Of a DNA stretch of 64,000 nucleotides, positions 14,201 through 29,100 are shown one piece after another (position 1 is the stretch's first letter; each line of letters starts with the position of its first letter). Position numbers and translations under genes: made by a program. The stretch is taken from NCBI RefSeq assembly GCF_004010195.1, contig NC_057749.1, positions 19,983,570-20,047,569 on the forward strand, read 5' to 3'. Origin of the DNA: Chiloscyllium plagiosum (lineage: Eukaryota). A model generated the notes under the pieces. The model was not told where the DNA came from and made no database searches. It was given only the letters and a program-made list of their open reading frames with translations.

Positions 14201-17148
14201 AATCTTAATTGGGAGTTTTATCAGACTAGTATTATAGAAGGGAAGGTAAAATAGGTTAGAGGAAGGAATTGTAAATAGTTGTTAGTTAATTATTCTCTGT
14301 TATACATTAAGAAATAAAGTTGTTAGTTTTTACTTTAAATAGTTCTTGGCCTAACAAATTTTTACAGATTACTGCATGGGATAAATCTTTTCAGTGTTGC
14401 TGGTTTTAAATTAAGCAGGAGGGTAAACAGTTTGGGGGCTCATCCAGGATTTGAACCCGGGTCCTGTCTCACATCCACAGACCTGGTCCCCAGCGTAAAT
14501 CAACAGCTTTTGGAACGGAAACTCGCAGCCCAGTTTGCTGAGGGCTCTGGTGTCAGGCCAACTCACCCAAACGAGATGCTGAAGAAGATGCTGGAGAGAA
14601 CAATTGATGTGGTGCGCAGTTTTTGGGCAAGAATCTTCCTGATGGGATCCAATCCCTGGAAATAAGAACAGGACTGTTAGCACCACCTTCTGAGCAGGAC
14701 TTGGGTCTGCACTGATGTGCATCCACGAGCTTCAGGAAGTAGACGTTTACGTTAAAAAAAAGGGATCTGGTGACAGTGTGTGTGTGGAGTTTGCACATTC
14801 TCCTTGTGTCTGTGTGGGTTTCCTCTGGGTGCTCCAGTTTCCTCCCACAGTCCTAAGACATGTAGGGTAAGTGGATTAGCCGTGAGAAATGCAGGGTTAC
14901 AGGAATAGGATGGGGTATCTGGGTGGGACGCTCTTCAGAGGGTCAGTGTGGATTCGCTGGGCTGAATGGCCTGCTTCCATACTGTAGGGATTCTATGGAG
15001 AGGGAATTAACAGATATGAAGGAGTGATTCCTAATGGTGAAATGTAGGGCTGGGCTGATGTGCTGTGGAGGGCCCCCCCGATCAACACTGGAATCCTATT
15101 ACACTGGGTACCACAAGGTCTTTTCCTCTATACTTTCTCTCTGATTCTTTTGCCAATTATTTTAAATGCATAACCTCTAGATACTCAACCGCCAGGGGAA
15201 ACTGATTCTCCCTGCTTGCTCTTTCAAAGCCCCTTGACAATTCATTAGGTCTGTCCTTCACATTCTCTGCTGTATGGACAACTCCAGCTTCTCCTGTCCC
15301 TCCATATATCTGAAGCCAATCAGCCCTGATGAACCTCCTCAGCACCCTCTCTACATCGTTCCTGAAAGAGCAATGTGTAGATTGGGACATAATACTCCAG
15401 CTGAGCCCAACTTGACATTTTCTCAAGGTGTGGGTAAACCCCTTGCTCTAGCATTCACAACCTATAAGTACAAAGGTTGGAGACTGCGCATATTTTCTCA
15501 GCCACATGTTCAACCTGCCCAGCCATCTTCAGCCCCACATCCCTCTGCAATTTCTGCTGCAGCTGCCAGTGTATCTGCTGTTATGGTGCCACCCTCAGCC
15601 ACTTAGTGCCATCCTCTCACATCCGCTCTGGTTTGTCTGCAACCGTTTTGGGACATTCATTGCCTCACTACATTGAGGTCAGCCCTTCACGTAGCTCCGT
15701 ACGGGACCCTCTGGTTGCTGCCGCTTTTCCTGATTGTTTCGCTCTGGGAGATTATATTCCCACTCGCCCAGATCAAAATTACTCATCAGGTAGCCGCATA
15801 CTTCAATGACTGCAACTATTCTGCTCATTATTTACATTACCCATAGACATCCAAATTACACTTACTTCACCCAAGTGCAGGTCATTTCTAGACAAGCGAT
15901 ACAATAGTCCCTGGGTGAACCCAATGCACCCCTTCCCTCCAGTCTAGACAACATTTGATCACCACTAAACTCTTAACCAATTGCACACCTGGATTGTCTT
16001 CACCCTCCCAAATAAAGCTGTTATCCAGGATATCTGATCAAATATTTTTTGAAAGACCCAGTAACAAATAATATCTATTGTGCTATGTCTACCAATTTTC
16101 TCTTTTTCTTAAAATAACTCCATCACTCAGTTTTCCTTTCACAAATCTATTCTGCAGAGATCTTATTAATCCATCCCTTCCCAATTAAGAATTAATTTTA
16201 TCCTTAACAATAGTCTCTCAGTGTTTCCCTGATATTCAGGTCAACAGTTAAGGTTAACCAATGTAACCAATATGAATGGCCAGGTCATTACCATGTTGCC
16301 CTTTGCGGGACCTTGCTGTGCACAAACTGGTTGCAGCGTCACAATGCGATCTCACTAAGAACATGAAAGGCATGGTCAAAACATATTTATTTTTTCTTCC
16401 AATAATCGACAAACTTTAGTATCAGACTTCTTGCTGAGCCACTGAAAAACAGCAGCTTGGAATCTGTACCTTTATCATCTGCTGCTTAAACCAATTAGTA
16501 CGACTTTCATACGTCCTTGCATTGCTTCTCTCAAGTGGAGGAATCGCCAGCCGCTGAACCTGGCAATCAACAAAATAAAAGCTGATGGAAGCCAGGAAAT
16601 ATAGAACTTCTGATTGTGTTCATTGAAATAAACCAGGAAATGCAAACATTCCTAATGAGAAAAACAGGGGGTGGGGGGCCGCGGGTAGGAGTGAGACAGA
16701 GAGGGGCAGAAGCATCAGAAAGACACAGAAAAGAGCATCAGAGGGCAGGAGAATGAGAAAGCAGGAGAGAAAGCTGCGAGACAGCCAGAAAAAGAGCACC
16801 ACAGAGTCCAAGAGAAAGAAGGAGGGAGAGAGAGGAGAGAAACAGCAGCAGTGAGAGAGAGACAGAGCAGGAGTGAGAGAGTATATATGAAAGTATGTGA
16901 GAAAGAGAGTAGGTGTAGCTGAGAGAGAGAGAGCAGGGATGTGAGAGATGTCAGGAGCATCAGACAAAGACAGAGAGGAGTGTCAGAGAGCAGGAGAATG
17001 AGAAAGCAAGAGAGACAGCCTGAGAAAGAGTTACAGAAAGTGTGTGAGTGTGAGAGAGTGACGGAGTGTGTGTGTGACGGAGTGTGTGTGTGACTGGGTG
17101 TGTGTGAGACTGTGTGTGTGTGTGTGTGTGTGCGAGACTGTGTGTGTG

Positions 17149-17193
<45 letters not shown>

Positions 17194-20100
17194 AAGAGAG
17201 GAAGAGAGAAAGAGAGAATGAGAAAGCAAGAGCAAAAAGCATGTAAAAGTGCACGTAAATGTGAGCACATTTGTGTCTAGAAGTGAGGGCAGGAGTACAA
17301 TTAAAAGAAAATGAGCATTAACACAAGTGAGAGTGTATTCCAGTGTGACAACCTGCATAATTTCAAGAGAACCTCTCTATTCATATTTCAACCCCTCACT
17401 GTGAAGGTCAACTTACAAACTGCCTTCCTGATTGCTTCCTGCGCCTGCTTGAGTGGAAGGCCACCCAAATCATTCTAAACACCAACCTTTAATAGATTTT
17501 CACCATTTAAAATTCTGCTTTCCAACGCTTCTCATCAGAGTGAACAATTTAAGATGCCTCCACATTTAACTGCATTCACTATCTTCTTGTTCAGTTACTG
17601 AACTTAGCCATATCCCTCTGAGTCTAGTTCACAGCTGACCTTCCCACCAAGTTTTATAACATCAGTAAACTTGAACACATTAGGACCTGGACCCGTCAAC
17701 TATGTCATTAGATTGTAATAATCATCAGATCAAAAGACTGTGAATAACAGAGATCAGCACTGATCGTTGTGGCATCTATGAGACAGTCAATGGGTGTATC
17801 CTTTGACGTCTACTCAGGGTTGAGAGTTTCTGCCAAGAATCTTGTGACAGAACAGGCCATTTCTCGACCTGTGGATGTTTGAGTACATGGGTAGGATGCC
17901 CCACGGGGTGCTGGGATCCAGAGTGCAGCGCTTCCTCCCTTTTATTCCTTCTACTTCATGAAGGTGTTTGGACTGAAAAGCATGACGCAGCTTGTTATCA
18001 ACATGAATAACTGGTAGCAAATTGCTCCCAGACACAATCTCAATGCTGCTGCAGGTGGAGGGCTTCACAGTAGTGTTTGCTTTGCTGTTTGAAAGTTGAG
18101 AAAACAGGACTGAGTTGGGGAGATGTTTTTCAGCCACCTGGACACAGGCTCCAGTCAATCAAAGGATATGGCAGAGACACTGGAGATGGATTTCTTCCAC
18201 CACTCTGTCACTGATACACAGTCCAAGTCTCAGTACAGTGCAGGAGTGTAGTGATGACAACTACCTGAACTTCTCATGACTTGGTGTGATCCTTGTTGCC
18301 AAACACATATTGTCATAATTTGTAAAGCGGCTAAACTGGGGCAGCTGATCCAGCGTCGAATCTCCTTGTCCTCTTCACAAGAGGTAGCTTTCAAGATGTG
18401 GAGAATGCTCAACATTCTGAGGAGGTAGGGGAAGCCCTAAATGAGTTTTTTGCTTTGGTCTTTACAAAAGAAACGAACTTTGTAGTGAATGAAACCTTTG
18501 AAGAACAGGTGTGCATGCTGGAATGGATAGAGATAGAGGAAGCTGATGTGCTGAAAATTTTGTCAAACATTGACAAGTGGCAAGGCTCGGACCAGATTTA
18601 TCCTCGGCTGCTTTGGGAAATGAGAAATGCGATTGCTTCGCCACTTGCAAAGATCTTTGCATCCGCGCTCTCCACTGGAGTCGTACTTGAGGACTGGAGA
18701 GAGGCAAATGTAATTCCTCTCTTCAAGAAAGGAAATAGGGAAATCCCCGGCAATTACAGACCAGTCAGTCTCATATCTGTCATCTGCAAGGTGTTAGAAA
18801 GGATTCTGAGGGATAGGATTTATGATCATCTGGAAGAGCATGGCTTGATTAAATGCAGTCAACACGGCTTTGTGAGGGGCAGGTCATGCCTCACGAACCT
18901 TATCGAGTTCGTTGAGGATGTGACTAGAAAAGTTGATGAGGGCCGAACTGTGGATGTGGTGTATATGGACTTCAGCAAGGCATTTGATAAGGTTCCCCAT
19001 GGTAGGCTCATTCAGGTCAGGAGGAATGGGATACAGGGGAACTTAGCTGTCTGGATACAGAATTGGCTGGCCAACAGAAGACAGCGAGTGGTAGTAGAAG
19101 GAAAATATTCTGCCTGGAAGTCTGTGGTGAGTGGTGTTCCACAGGGCTCTGTCCTTGGGCCTCTACTGTTTGTAATTTTTATTAATGACTTGGATAAGGG
19201 GATTGAAGGATGGGTCGGTAAGTTTGCAGACGACACAAAGGTTTGAGGTGTTGTTGATGGTATAGAGGGCTGTTGTAGGCTGCAGCGGAACATTGACAGG
19301 ATGCAGAGATGGGCTGAGGGGTGGCAGATGGAGTTCAACCTGGATAAATGCGAGGTGATGCATTTTGGAAGGTCGAATTTGAAAGCTGAGTACAGGATCA
19401 AGGATAGGATTCTTGGCAGTGTGGAGGAACAGAGGGATCTTGGTGTGCAGGTACATAGATCCCTTAAAATGGCACCCAAGTGGACAGGATTGTTAAGAAA
19501 GCATATGGTGTTTTGGCTTTCATTAACAGGGGGATTGAGTTTAAGAGTCGTGAGATCTTGTTGCAGCTCTATAAAACTTTGGTTAGACCGCACTTGGAAT
19601 ACTGCGTCCAGTTCTGGTCGCCCTATTATAGGAAAGATGTGGATGCTTTGGAGAACGTTCAGAGGAGGTTTACCAGGATGCTGCCTGGACTGGAGGGATT
19701 ATCTTACGAAGAGAGGTTGACTGAGCTCGGACTTTATTCATTGGAGAAGAGGAGGAGGAGAGGGGACCTAATTGAGGTACACTAGATAATGAGAGGCACA
19801 GATAGAGTCGATAACCAGAGACTATTTCCCAGGGCAGAAATGGCTAACACGAGGGGTCATAGTTTTAAGCTGGTTGGAGGAAAGTATAGAGGGGATGTCA
19901 GAGGCGGGTTCTTTACACAGAGTGTTGAGAGAGCATGGAATGCGTTGCCAGCAGCAGTTGTGGAAGCAAGGTCATTGGGGACATTTAAGAGACTGCTGGA
20001 CATGCATATGGTCACAGAAATTTGAGGGTGCATACATGAGGATCAATGGTCGGCACAACATCGTGGGCTGAAGGGCCTGTTCTGTGCTGTACTGTTCTAT

Positions 20101-23100
20101 GTTCCAGGGTCTCCTTCAAAATATTATATGGGTAGTGGAATGTTAGGCTGACCAGGGGCAGATAGACAGGAGTTTCACTTTGGCAACATTTAGGGACAGA
20201 TTGAGTTTCTGCTATGGAGAATTGAAGAGACTGCAAGTGGTTTACAAATCAGATGCAGAATTCACAATAATACTACAGTCATGGGCATCTATAGTGGTTG
20301 GTTTGGACACAGAGGTGGTTGAGGTAAAAGAGATTTCCATCAAGATGGTATTGGATGTTGACACCAGAAGGCAGTTGGTCTTTGCTGAGGTGAACAACTG
20401 CTGTCAGGTAAATTATAAATAGTAAGGTGGCCATTACGCAGCCTGGCTGGACAACAGTCGAGATTGTAAAGATGTCTGTTTCAGATCCCACATAAGTTAC
20501 TTGCGGTCTGATGATCATGAAGCAAGCACGGGATTGTGAAGAACTTTCCGGATAATCTCCAATTTAGTTAGTCGAATGCTTTGGTCAGGTCAATTAATTC
20601 AATGAACAGTACATGGTGCTGTTCTTAACATTTTTCAGGGATTTGTCTGGCAACAAAAGACCACAACAGAGGTTTCTCTGGAAGATCTATAGCCACACAG
20701 TTTCTGGGAGGTTTCCCTCAGCCACAGGAAGTAAGTGATTCAGGAAAATATGCATCAGGATTTCCCCTGCTCTGGGAGAGGGACATACTTCAATAGTTTA
20801 CACATCATGATTGATCTCCTTTCATGAAGAAAATCACAAGGGATCCATTCCTGAAGTTGGCCCATTGTACCTTAACCTTCCAAACCAGCAGGGCGAGTGC
20901 ACAGGGGTCTTGATGTGAGCATCAGCTCAGTAGGAATATCTTCAAGCTGAAGTGTTGGTGCTCATTCTTTTGACTGCTTGTTGCAGTTTTCCTATCAATA
21001 GTGGCTCACCAATTGATTCCAGCACAGACCACTGGGGGATAGCAAGAGAGTATCAGCTCCCACAGTGGATTCACAGTTGACAGGTTGTGGAAAAGGTTAT
21101 TCCAGTGTTGACGCATAGGATCGTCAAGTTTAAGAAGAGACACACAAATGTGTGAACAAGGAGGTTCTGTTCCATTTGACTTTGGCCCTGGTTCCCACCA
21201 CGTCCTTCACCTGCCAGAACTCTCCCTGGACATGGATCTTGAGCTGTTAGAATACTTGGAGATAGTGAGGACTGCAGATGCTGGAGTGTCAGACTAGAGC
21301 TGGAAAAAGCACTGCAGGTCAAGCAGCATCAGAGGAGAAGGGGAGTCAACATTTCAGGTCGGAACTACAGCAATGTAGTTGTCTTCTGGGCAATTAGTGG
21401 TGGGCAATAAAAGCTGACCATGTGCCATGAATTACTTTTCATTCATGTCTCTTTTTAAGGCTGTTTTTCTAGCCCATTTCCCATTTTGGGTGAGCAGTGG
21501 GCATCCTGAAGAGGATTGTTCAGTCACAGAAGCTGCAGCCCAAAGACACCTCTACCACAACATAAGCATCCAATTGTGTCTGCATATCTGTCACCTGTGA
21601 GCAGGTCCTTGACCAAGGACTCCCAGGTTCACAGTTCTGTCCCTGTCGCCAATTACCCATCATATTTCAGGATGTGGTGATGTGTCCTGTTAGAAATATG
21701 CACGTGGCTTTAGTTAACATGAGGATTGTGGAGTGCTGTCATTGTCCGCATGACCCCGATGTGTTTGGATGCTGGTCAGGTTTTAGTGACATGTCGAAAT
21801 ATGATGACTACGTGCACTTTAACCCTGTAGCCTTTTCCACCTCACAGCTGGAAAGAAACAAAGTTTTCCATCACTTTGTCTGCCTCTGGGTCATTGCCAA
21901 CTGCACCTTCACACTTCCACCTGGCCTTGCTACCAGGTGGAAGCGAAGGGAATGAGAAGAATCAAGGTTGCATTGGCTAACACAAGTTTTCCACCATGCC
22001 AAGAAGAGTAGCCATTGAGACAGGCTCGTAACAGTCTACAAATCAGAAAATGATGCCTGTATTCACCTTCTTCTGTCAGTGTTAGCCCAACCCCATGAGT
22101 GCTAATTCTGTTCAACACCTTTTCATGAGGTACTTTAATGAATGCCTTTCTAAAATCCAAATATGCTGCATTCACTGCACGTACCCTACTACAACAGATT
22201 TCCCAGCTCAGATTTCTCAAACGCACTTTCCCTTTAACAGTGGAGTTTCCACAAATCGGAATACTGGGAATTTCTTTCCTTGATGCATGAAGATTTCTGG
22301 GTTCTCTGGTGCAACTGGAAACATCAAAGCTTCAGGTGTTCAGAGCTTACCCTTGGCAAGACCTCAGAATCCTGCAGAGTCATTAACATCTAAGCAGAAG
22401 ATAAAAATAACAATGGAAAGCGAAGGAGAGAGATTGAGAGAGATGCACAATTAATGCAGAGGAAGCAGTATTAAAGTGAATTAAGTTGCAGAAAGTAGAA
22501 AGGTAATAAGAACTACTGCTTACTTACTGAAAAGAAACGAGCTTTTCCACGGTGATTCCAGTAAAACATGCGCTGGAAAACTTGAAGAGCATCGACCTCC
22601 CGACCAGCCTGAAGGGGGTAAAATAAAGAAGGGATTCAGGAGATCCAAGTATTCAATTCTCCCAGAAACCTTCCTCCACTTCCAAATCCCTGCCTTCTGC
22701 CCCAACTCCCAATAGTCAAAGGCTCAGCAACAATAACTAACTCAGTCAAATTAAGCATTGAGCCCTCTATGTAAATACTATGTTTAACATAAACTATATA
22801 TTACACATTATGCTACCAAAGAGGTGCTTAGATAAAACCTGATATTGAGCAAGACAAGGACATATTAGGGAAAGTGACTCAAACCTGTTTGAAGAAGTCA
22901 GATTTAAGGAACCTTTTGAAATGAGGGAAGATTGAGAGGTGGAGATGCTGAGAACGTGGGGGAGACTTCAAGGCACGACCGTCAACAATGCAACAACGAA
23001 AACTGAGGAACATGCAGGAGGCTAGACTCGGAGGAGAGAAACGAGGGTGGGTTTTTGATACATTTCCTTGCGTGTGTATGTGTGTAATGCAGAAGGAACG

Positions 23101-26100
23101 TAAGTGGGTAACGGTGCATCTTGGGCAATAATGCATTATCATGAGTCAAATCTCACTCCAGCAAACATCAGTACAGCCTCTTCGAGAAGTTACAGCAAGT
23201 GAACAGGATGCAATTCAACAGAACTGAGCTGGAGTAGGGAAAAGTCATACACAAGGAACAGGGACTAGCTGGTCAAAGGCCAACAATGAATTCTACCATA
23301 ATGGTGACCACAGGATAACATCCTGTATGGATTAGGTTCACAGCTTTTATCAAATAGTATGAAGGATACTATAACTCCAGTGAATAGTACTTCTGTTGCT
23401 TTGTGTCCATCCTTGTGCTTGATCATGTGATTGCTGTGCTTTAATGAAAGGAGATAAACCAGAAACCTTTACTCTGTTTATTTCATTCCCTGACATGAAC
23501 GTTTCCAGATTTTTCAATTTTAGAATCCACCTGAATAGAGATTGGGGAGTCTGTAATCCATCTTCAAGCACGTGGGAACTCCAACAATATATATAGCACA
23601 GGCATTTCAAATGAATATGGGGACCCCCTATATATAGGCCTTGGATGGTCAACATTTCTCCTCAGACAGGTACTCTCTTAGGAACAGGGATCTCCTATAA
23701 GGCGCAAGTCCATCGTACAAAGAATACTCCCTACATGCCTGGATGAGTGCAGCTCCAACAATACTCAAGTGGTTTATCATCTTCCAGCTCAAGGTTCACT
23801 TCATCAGCACTCTCCTCCAGTTTCAACATTCAGCTTCAACATGGCAGCAAATCACCAAGGATTCTTCGACAGCACCTGACAAACCTGTAACCCTTACCAC
23901 TGCAAAGGACAAAGGCCTTTTACAGGAACACCATCACCTGCCAAAGTCCCAAACCATCAGACTTCAGAGAATCTCAGCTGCTTCATCATTCCTGGGTCAA
24001 AATCCTGGATCCCCGTGCTCTCACTACTTTCACCACAAAGATTGCAGCAGTTGCCCAGCACCTTCTCAAGGACACTTAGGAATGGTTAATAAATACTGGT
24101 ATTGCCAGTGACAACCATATTCCAAACATATTTTTAGACTGCAGCTACAATGTAATCAAACAAAAACAGACACTGATCATGTAAGGTAATATAAGGGCAG
24201 ATGGCCAAAACCTTGGACAAAGTTTTAAAGGGTCAGGTTCCAAGCAAGGATCACCTTTAAAGGGAAAACATGTAATTAAGGGTCAGAGTTAGGGCAGGAA
24301 TTCCAGCCTGAAGGCACAGCCGCTAATTATGGAAGCAGAGAAATTTTCAAGAGGCCAGAATTAGAGGTGCACAGATATCTCATAGCATTGCAGGGCTAGA
24401 GATAGGGAGAGGTGAGGCCATTGGACAGATGTGAAAACAACGTTGAGAACCTTGAAATCGAGGCCATGGTTTAAAGAAAGGATGTGCATTTGAATAGTGC
24501 TTCTCTCAACTGCCTGACCAAATGAGGTCCTTCTGAAGTGTGGTCACTGAAGAAAACAAAGTAATCTATGCACAGCTACTTCCAAAATAGCAAATGCGAT
24601 AATGACTAGATTATCCAGTCTTTGTGACATTGATTGAGGGATAAATATTGGTCAACCCGCAGGGAATAACTTCTCTGCTCTTCTTCAAAATAGTGTATTG
24701 CATCCTTTTACATCTACCTGAAAAGGCAGATGGGTTCTCAGTTTGATATCTCATTCAAAATACAACATCTCAGACACTGAGGGAGTTGCTGCATTGACCT
24801 TGATTTTGTTATGCTCAAGTTCTGCAGTGAGGCTTGAATCAAAATCTCTGTGACTCAAGCAAGAGTCCTACCAACTGAACAACTTAACCAGGTGTTAACA
24901 TTAGTCATCAAGCATGCTAATGATGGGTGAATGAAACTCCATGCAAGTAAGAACACAGGCTGTTTTGGTCGATCTCAAGTTTATAGAGGGTAGAATGTGG
25001 GAGGAAAGTCAAGACTATGTTGAAATAGTCAAGTTTGGAGACAAGGTTACAGTAGCACATGAGCTGAAACAAGAGCAAAGTCAGACTTCAAGGTGGAAAT
25101 AGGCAGCATTAATGCTAACACTGATGTACAGTCAGGAACTTATTTTGGGGTCAAATATGAGTCTCAGCTGTAAACCATCAGAGTGTCGGGGAGAGTTGGA
25201 AGCCAGGGAATTTCCATAAATTAATTTTTTTCAAAGTTCACAGAATAAATGCAAAAAGACATCCACTGAGGCCTCAATGTCACTGTTGTCACTGAATCTC
25301 CTGCTTCAGCTCATCGAGTGCATTAACACAGAGTCTTGGAAGATAAGGAAAGCCAAGTAGATCACTCCTGACTGCAATTACATTTGCATCACTCAGCCGA
25401 GCTCCTCCAATGATTTGGGCTTCATTTCTAAGGTGACAGTCACTGAGTGCTTTCCTTGTGGAGTTTGGCTGGATTTGACACAACTCAGCCATTGCCTCAC
25501 TGTTGAAGCGAAGCTTTTGCTAGAGTCAACCCATAGACAGATTCAGAAGTGTCAGCTCTAGTTGATGGATGTGACTGGAACAGCAGTGGTGACACATTGG
25601 CCACCTTCCAAAAGTCAGAGTGCTAGATCAATAATATAGGAAAGGCACAAAGTAGAAGGGTGGAAACAGAATTCCCTGCAGTACGGTGGCACAGTGGTTA
25701 GCACTGCTGCCTCACAGCGCCAGAGACCCGGGTTCAATTCCCGCCTCAGGCAACTGACTGTGTGGAGTTTGCACCTTCTCCCCGTGTCTGCGTGGGTTTC
25801 CTCCGGGTGCTCCGGTTTCCTCCCACAGTCACAAAGATGTGCAAGTCAGGTGAATTGGCCATGCTAAATTGCCCATAGTGTTAGGTGAAGAGGTATGGGT
25901 GGGTTGCGCTTCGGCGGGTCGGTGTGGACTTGTTGGGCCAAAGGGTCTGTTTCCACACTGTAAGTAATGTAAAAAAAAAGAAAGGTAGCAAAACCATATC
26001 CAATTCCTGGCAATTTGTTAGGGTTTTCTCAAGCCAGTGGAAGCACATTACAGCAGCACAATGCTCGTTAATAAAATGAATAGGATTCAAGAAACCAATC

Positions 26101-29100
26101 CAGCCATCGCTAGAGTGACTCATGTTGACTGCTCTGAAGGAATTGTAAAATAAGTTAATTTGTTTGCCTTGTCTCAAAGACACTTCTCTACAATTTCTGT
26201 TCCATGTTTTCGACTTGAAATCTTCTGTTCAGAATGCTCCCTTCATCAGGGAATCAGGGTAATAATAAATGTCCTGCAGGCATTTTAGAAAAATGGGATA
26301 CTGAATGGAAACATTGCAGCTCTGGTTGTGGCTCAGTGAGTCGCATTCTTGCCTGAGTCAGAAGGTTGTCACATCCATCAAACAGAACAGACACCTCTAA
26401 ACCTGTCTATGGGATGACTCTCGCAAAAGCTTTGCTTCAGCAGTAAGGAGATAGCTGAGTTGTGCCATATGCAGCCAAACTGCAGGGGAAGCACTCCTTG
26501 ATTGTCACCTTAGTAATGAACATTTAAGTCGCTGACTTTTGCTAGACTAGTGCAGAGGACTTTTTCTGTCAGCACGGTGGAAATCCCAAATCATTGGAGG
26601 AGCTCGGCTGACTGGTACATTTGGGAGAGAGCTATTCCCACTTTGGCCTTCCTCCACTTCCAAAACTCCGCATTATTGCACTCAATGAGCCAAACTAGGA
26701 GATTCGGTGACAACAATGGCGTTGAAGCCTCAGTGGATGCCTTTTTGCATTTCATCTGTGAACTTCTAAAAAGTTAGTTTATGGAAATTCCCGGGGAGAT
26801 TCCAACTCCCTCTATTCCTTGACACTCAGATGGTTTGCACTTAGTCTCATACTTGTCCCAAAAATGAGCTCCTGATTATACATCAGTGTTAACACTAATG
26901 CTGCCTATTTCCACCTTGATAACTGACCTTGTCCTTGTTCATATGCTACTGTGATCTTGCCTCCGAACATGACTATTTCTACACACTATTGACTGGCTTC
27001 TCACATTCTACTTTATGTAAAGGTGAGATCAGCCAAAACACTGCTGCCTGTGTCCCATTTCAAAGATTTGAGCATTAAGTTCAAGTGGCACTAAACTTAG
27101 GCTCCACTTGTCCTCTCAACAGGCATAAAAGATAATCATTCTGAAGAACAGGGTAGATATCTCTGGCTCCCTATCAACTATTCATTATAGAATCACAGAA
27201 TGCCTACACTGCGGAAAGAGGCCATTCAGCTCATCGAGTCCACATTAACCCTCTGAAGAGCATCCCAGCCAGACTCTCCCCATCCCGGTAACCCCACATT
27301 TCCCATCACTAGTCCGCCTAATCTGCACATCCTTGGCCATCACGGGGTGATTTAGCATGATTAATCCACCTAAGTTGAACAGATTTGGACGGAGGGAAGA
27401 AATCGGAGCACCCGGAGGAATCCCATGCAGACACGTGGAGAATGTGCAAACAGCACACAGACAGGCACTCGAGGGTGGAATCGAACTCTGACCACTGAGC
27501 CACCGTGCTACCTCAAACAATGCGTGACATTCATCAAGCAACCAACATGAACCACAGATTAAATGGTAGCTACTATTTGTGGGAGCCTGCTTTGTGCAAA
27601 TTGCTTGTGGGATTTCCAACATTCCAGAAATTGTTTCATTGGCTACAATGCCGTGAAAGGTGCTATATAAGTGCAAATTCTTTCTCTGCATTCAGGAATT
27701 AAGACAGGCAGTACACCCCACACCATCATTTCACCTTACTACAGCCAACATGCAATACAGAGGAGACTGACTTCCCCCACAGCCCTGATGGACACAGTGA
27801 ACAGCTTTGACTGACCCATATAGCATCACTGTGTGATATCACACTTTTGCAGGAAGCAATTGCTAATTTACATTTTTTCAGATTAAAAATATCTTGAAGG
27901 TAAATATTTGGAGGTCTGTGGTGAACCATCTGGAGAATGGAGTACTGCAATCCAAATTATTTTGAGGTGCCCCATGCTTTTGGATCTCAGACATGGAGAT
28001 CCATATATCTAGTATCCAATGTACCTGCAGGTGATTAGCAGAGGGAATGAAACAAAAAGGATCTACTCTGACGATACTCCTCAATCCAGACTCAATCCAA
28101 TTTTCTGTGCCAGAAAATCTAGGTTCAAGTCCCACCTGCTCTGAGGTGCATCAAAACACGAACAAACAGAGTGATTAAAACAGCTCGTCAACTCCATCAT
28201 CCAACTATGTACCGAATGGGCACTTGATCATGTTATTCAATGGTCCGTCCAGAACCCTCAGGAAGAATTTACTAGCCTTTGGTGAAAAGTAATTAGAATA
28301 ATTCATAAGGGAGAGAGAGAGAAACTATTGGAGGGATCCAGAAAATGTGGCCAAATGCGTCCCCCAGACCCCAAACCACCCTTCCCGAGAGCTACAGAGG
28401 ATAGAGTGAGTGAAAATTTCAAAATAGATTGCTGAGCTAAGTTGTTAGCAGCGAGAGTACAGGATACAAAACCAAGGTGAGTAAGTTGAGTTGAGATACT
28501 GGTCAGCTTGGATCAAACTGAAAAATGGGACAACTGAAGGGGCTGAATGGCCTGCCCCATTCCCATTGCTCTGACGAGACAACACCAACCTGCAATGTGG
28601 GTGCAAACATGGCAAAACTACAGTGGGAACTTGAGAAAAGAAATTCTGATAATCAACAAAATGCTAAGAAAAGTTGATTTTTTTAAAATCTAGTCTGATG
28701 TTCAAACCTAGATTGCAGCAAACCCCACTCCAGATACCTGTGACCTCCTCCAACAATATCAATACACCTGGAACTTTGCATTCCTTCAACTTGGCCCTTT
28801 GTAAATCCTCTGCTTTCCATGTTCACTGTAACCTTGGCCTCAAGCTCTAGAATTCTTTTTAAACCTCACTTTCCTCCTTTAAGATGCGAACCTCTTGGAC
28901 TTGCTGATTTCTCCTTTAGCTTTGTGTGTCATTCTTTAGGTCTGAGAACGCACCTGTTAGCACATGGCCCATTTTACTCCTATAAAGATGCTATTTAAAG
29001 GAAAGTTGACCCTCAATTTTTTTTTTAAATTTCAAATATATACTTTATTCATAATCTTAAATACAAACACAGTCACTAGAGCAATTTAGTTCTGTGCAGT

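Noticed and set aside
15274..15809. Two overlapping 110-aa plus-strand ORFs in unique-looking sequence
   Set aside because: No recognisable motif or splice structure; cannot be supported without a search
16620..17358. Long His/Thr-, Val/Cys- and Leu/Ser-rich ORFs
   Set aside because: Translation artefacts of microsatellite and low-complexity DNA
18398..19246. Reverse transcriptase ORF as a possible domesticated or novel RT system
   Set aside because: Ordinary truncated CR1 ORF2 with stops and a frameshift downstream
25678..25745. tRNA-like A/B boxes
   Set aside because: SINE heads, not tRNA genes
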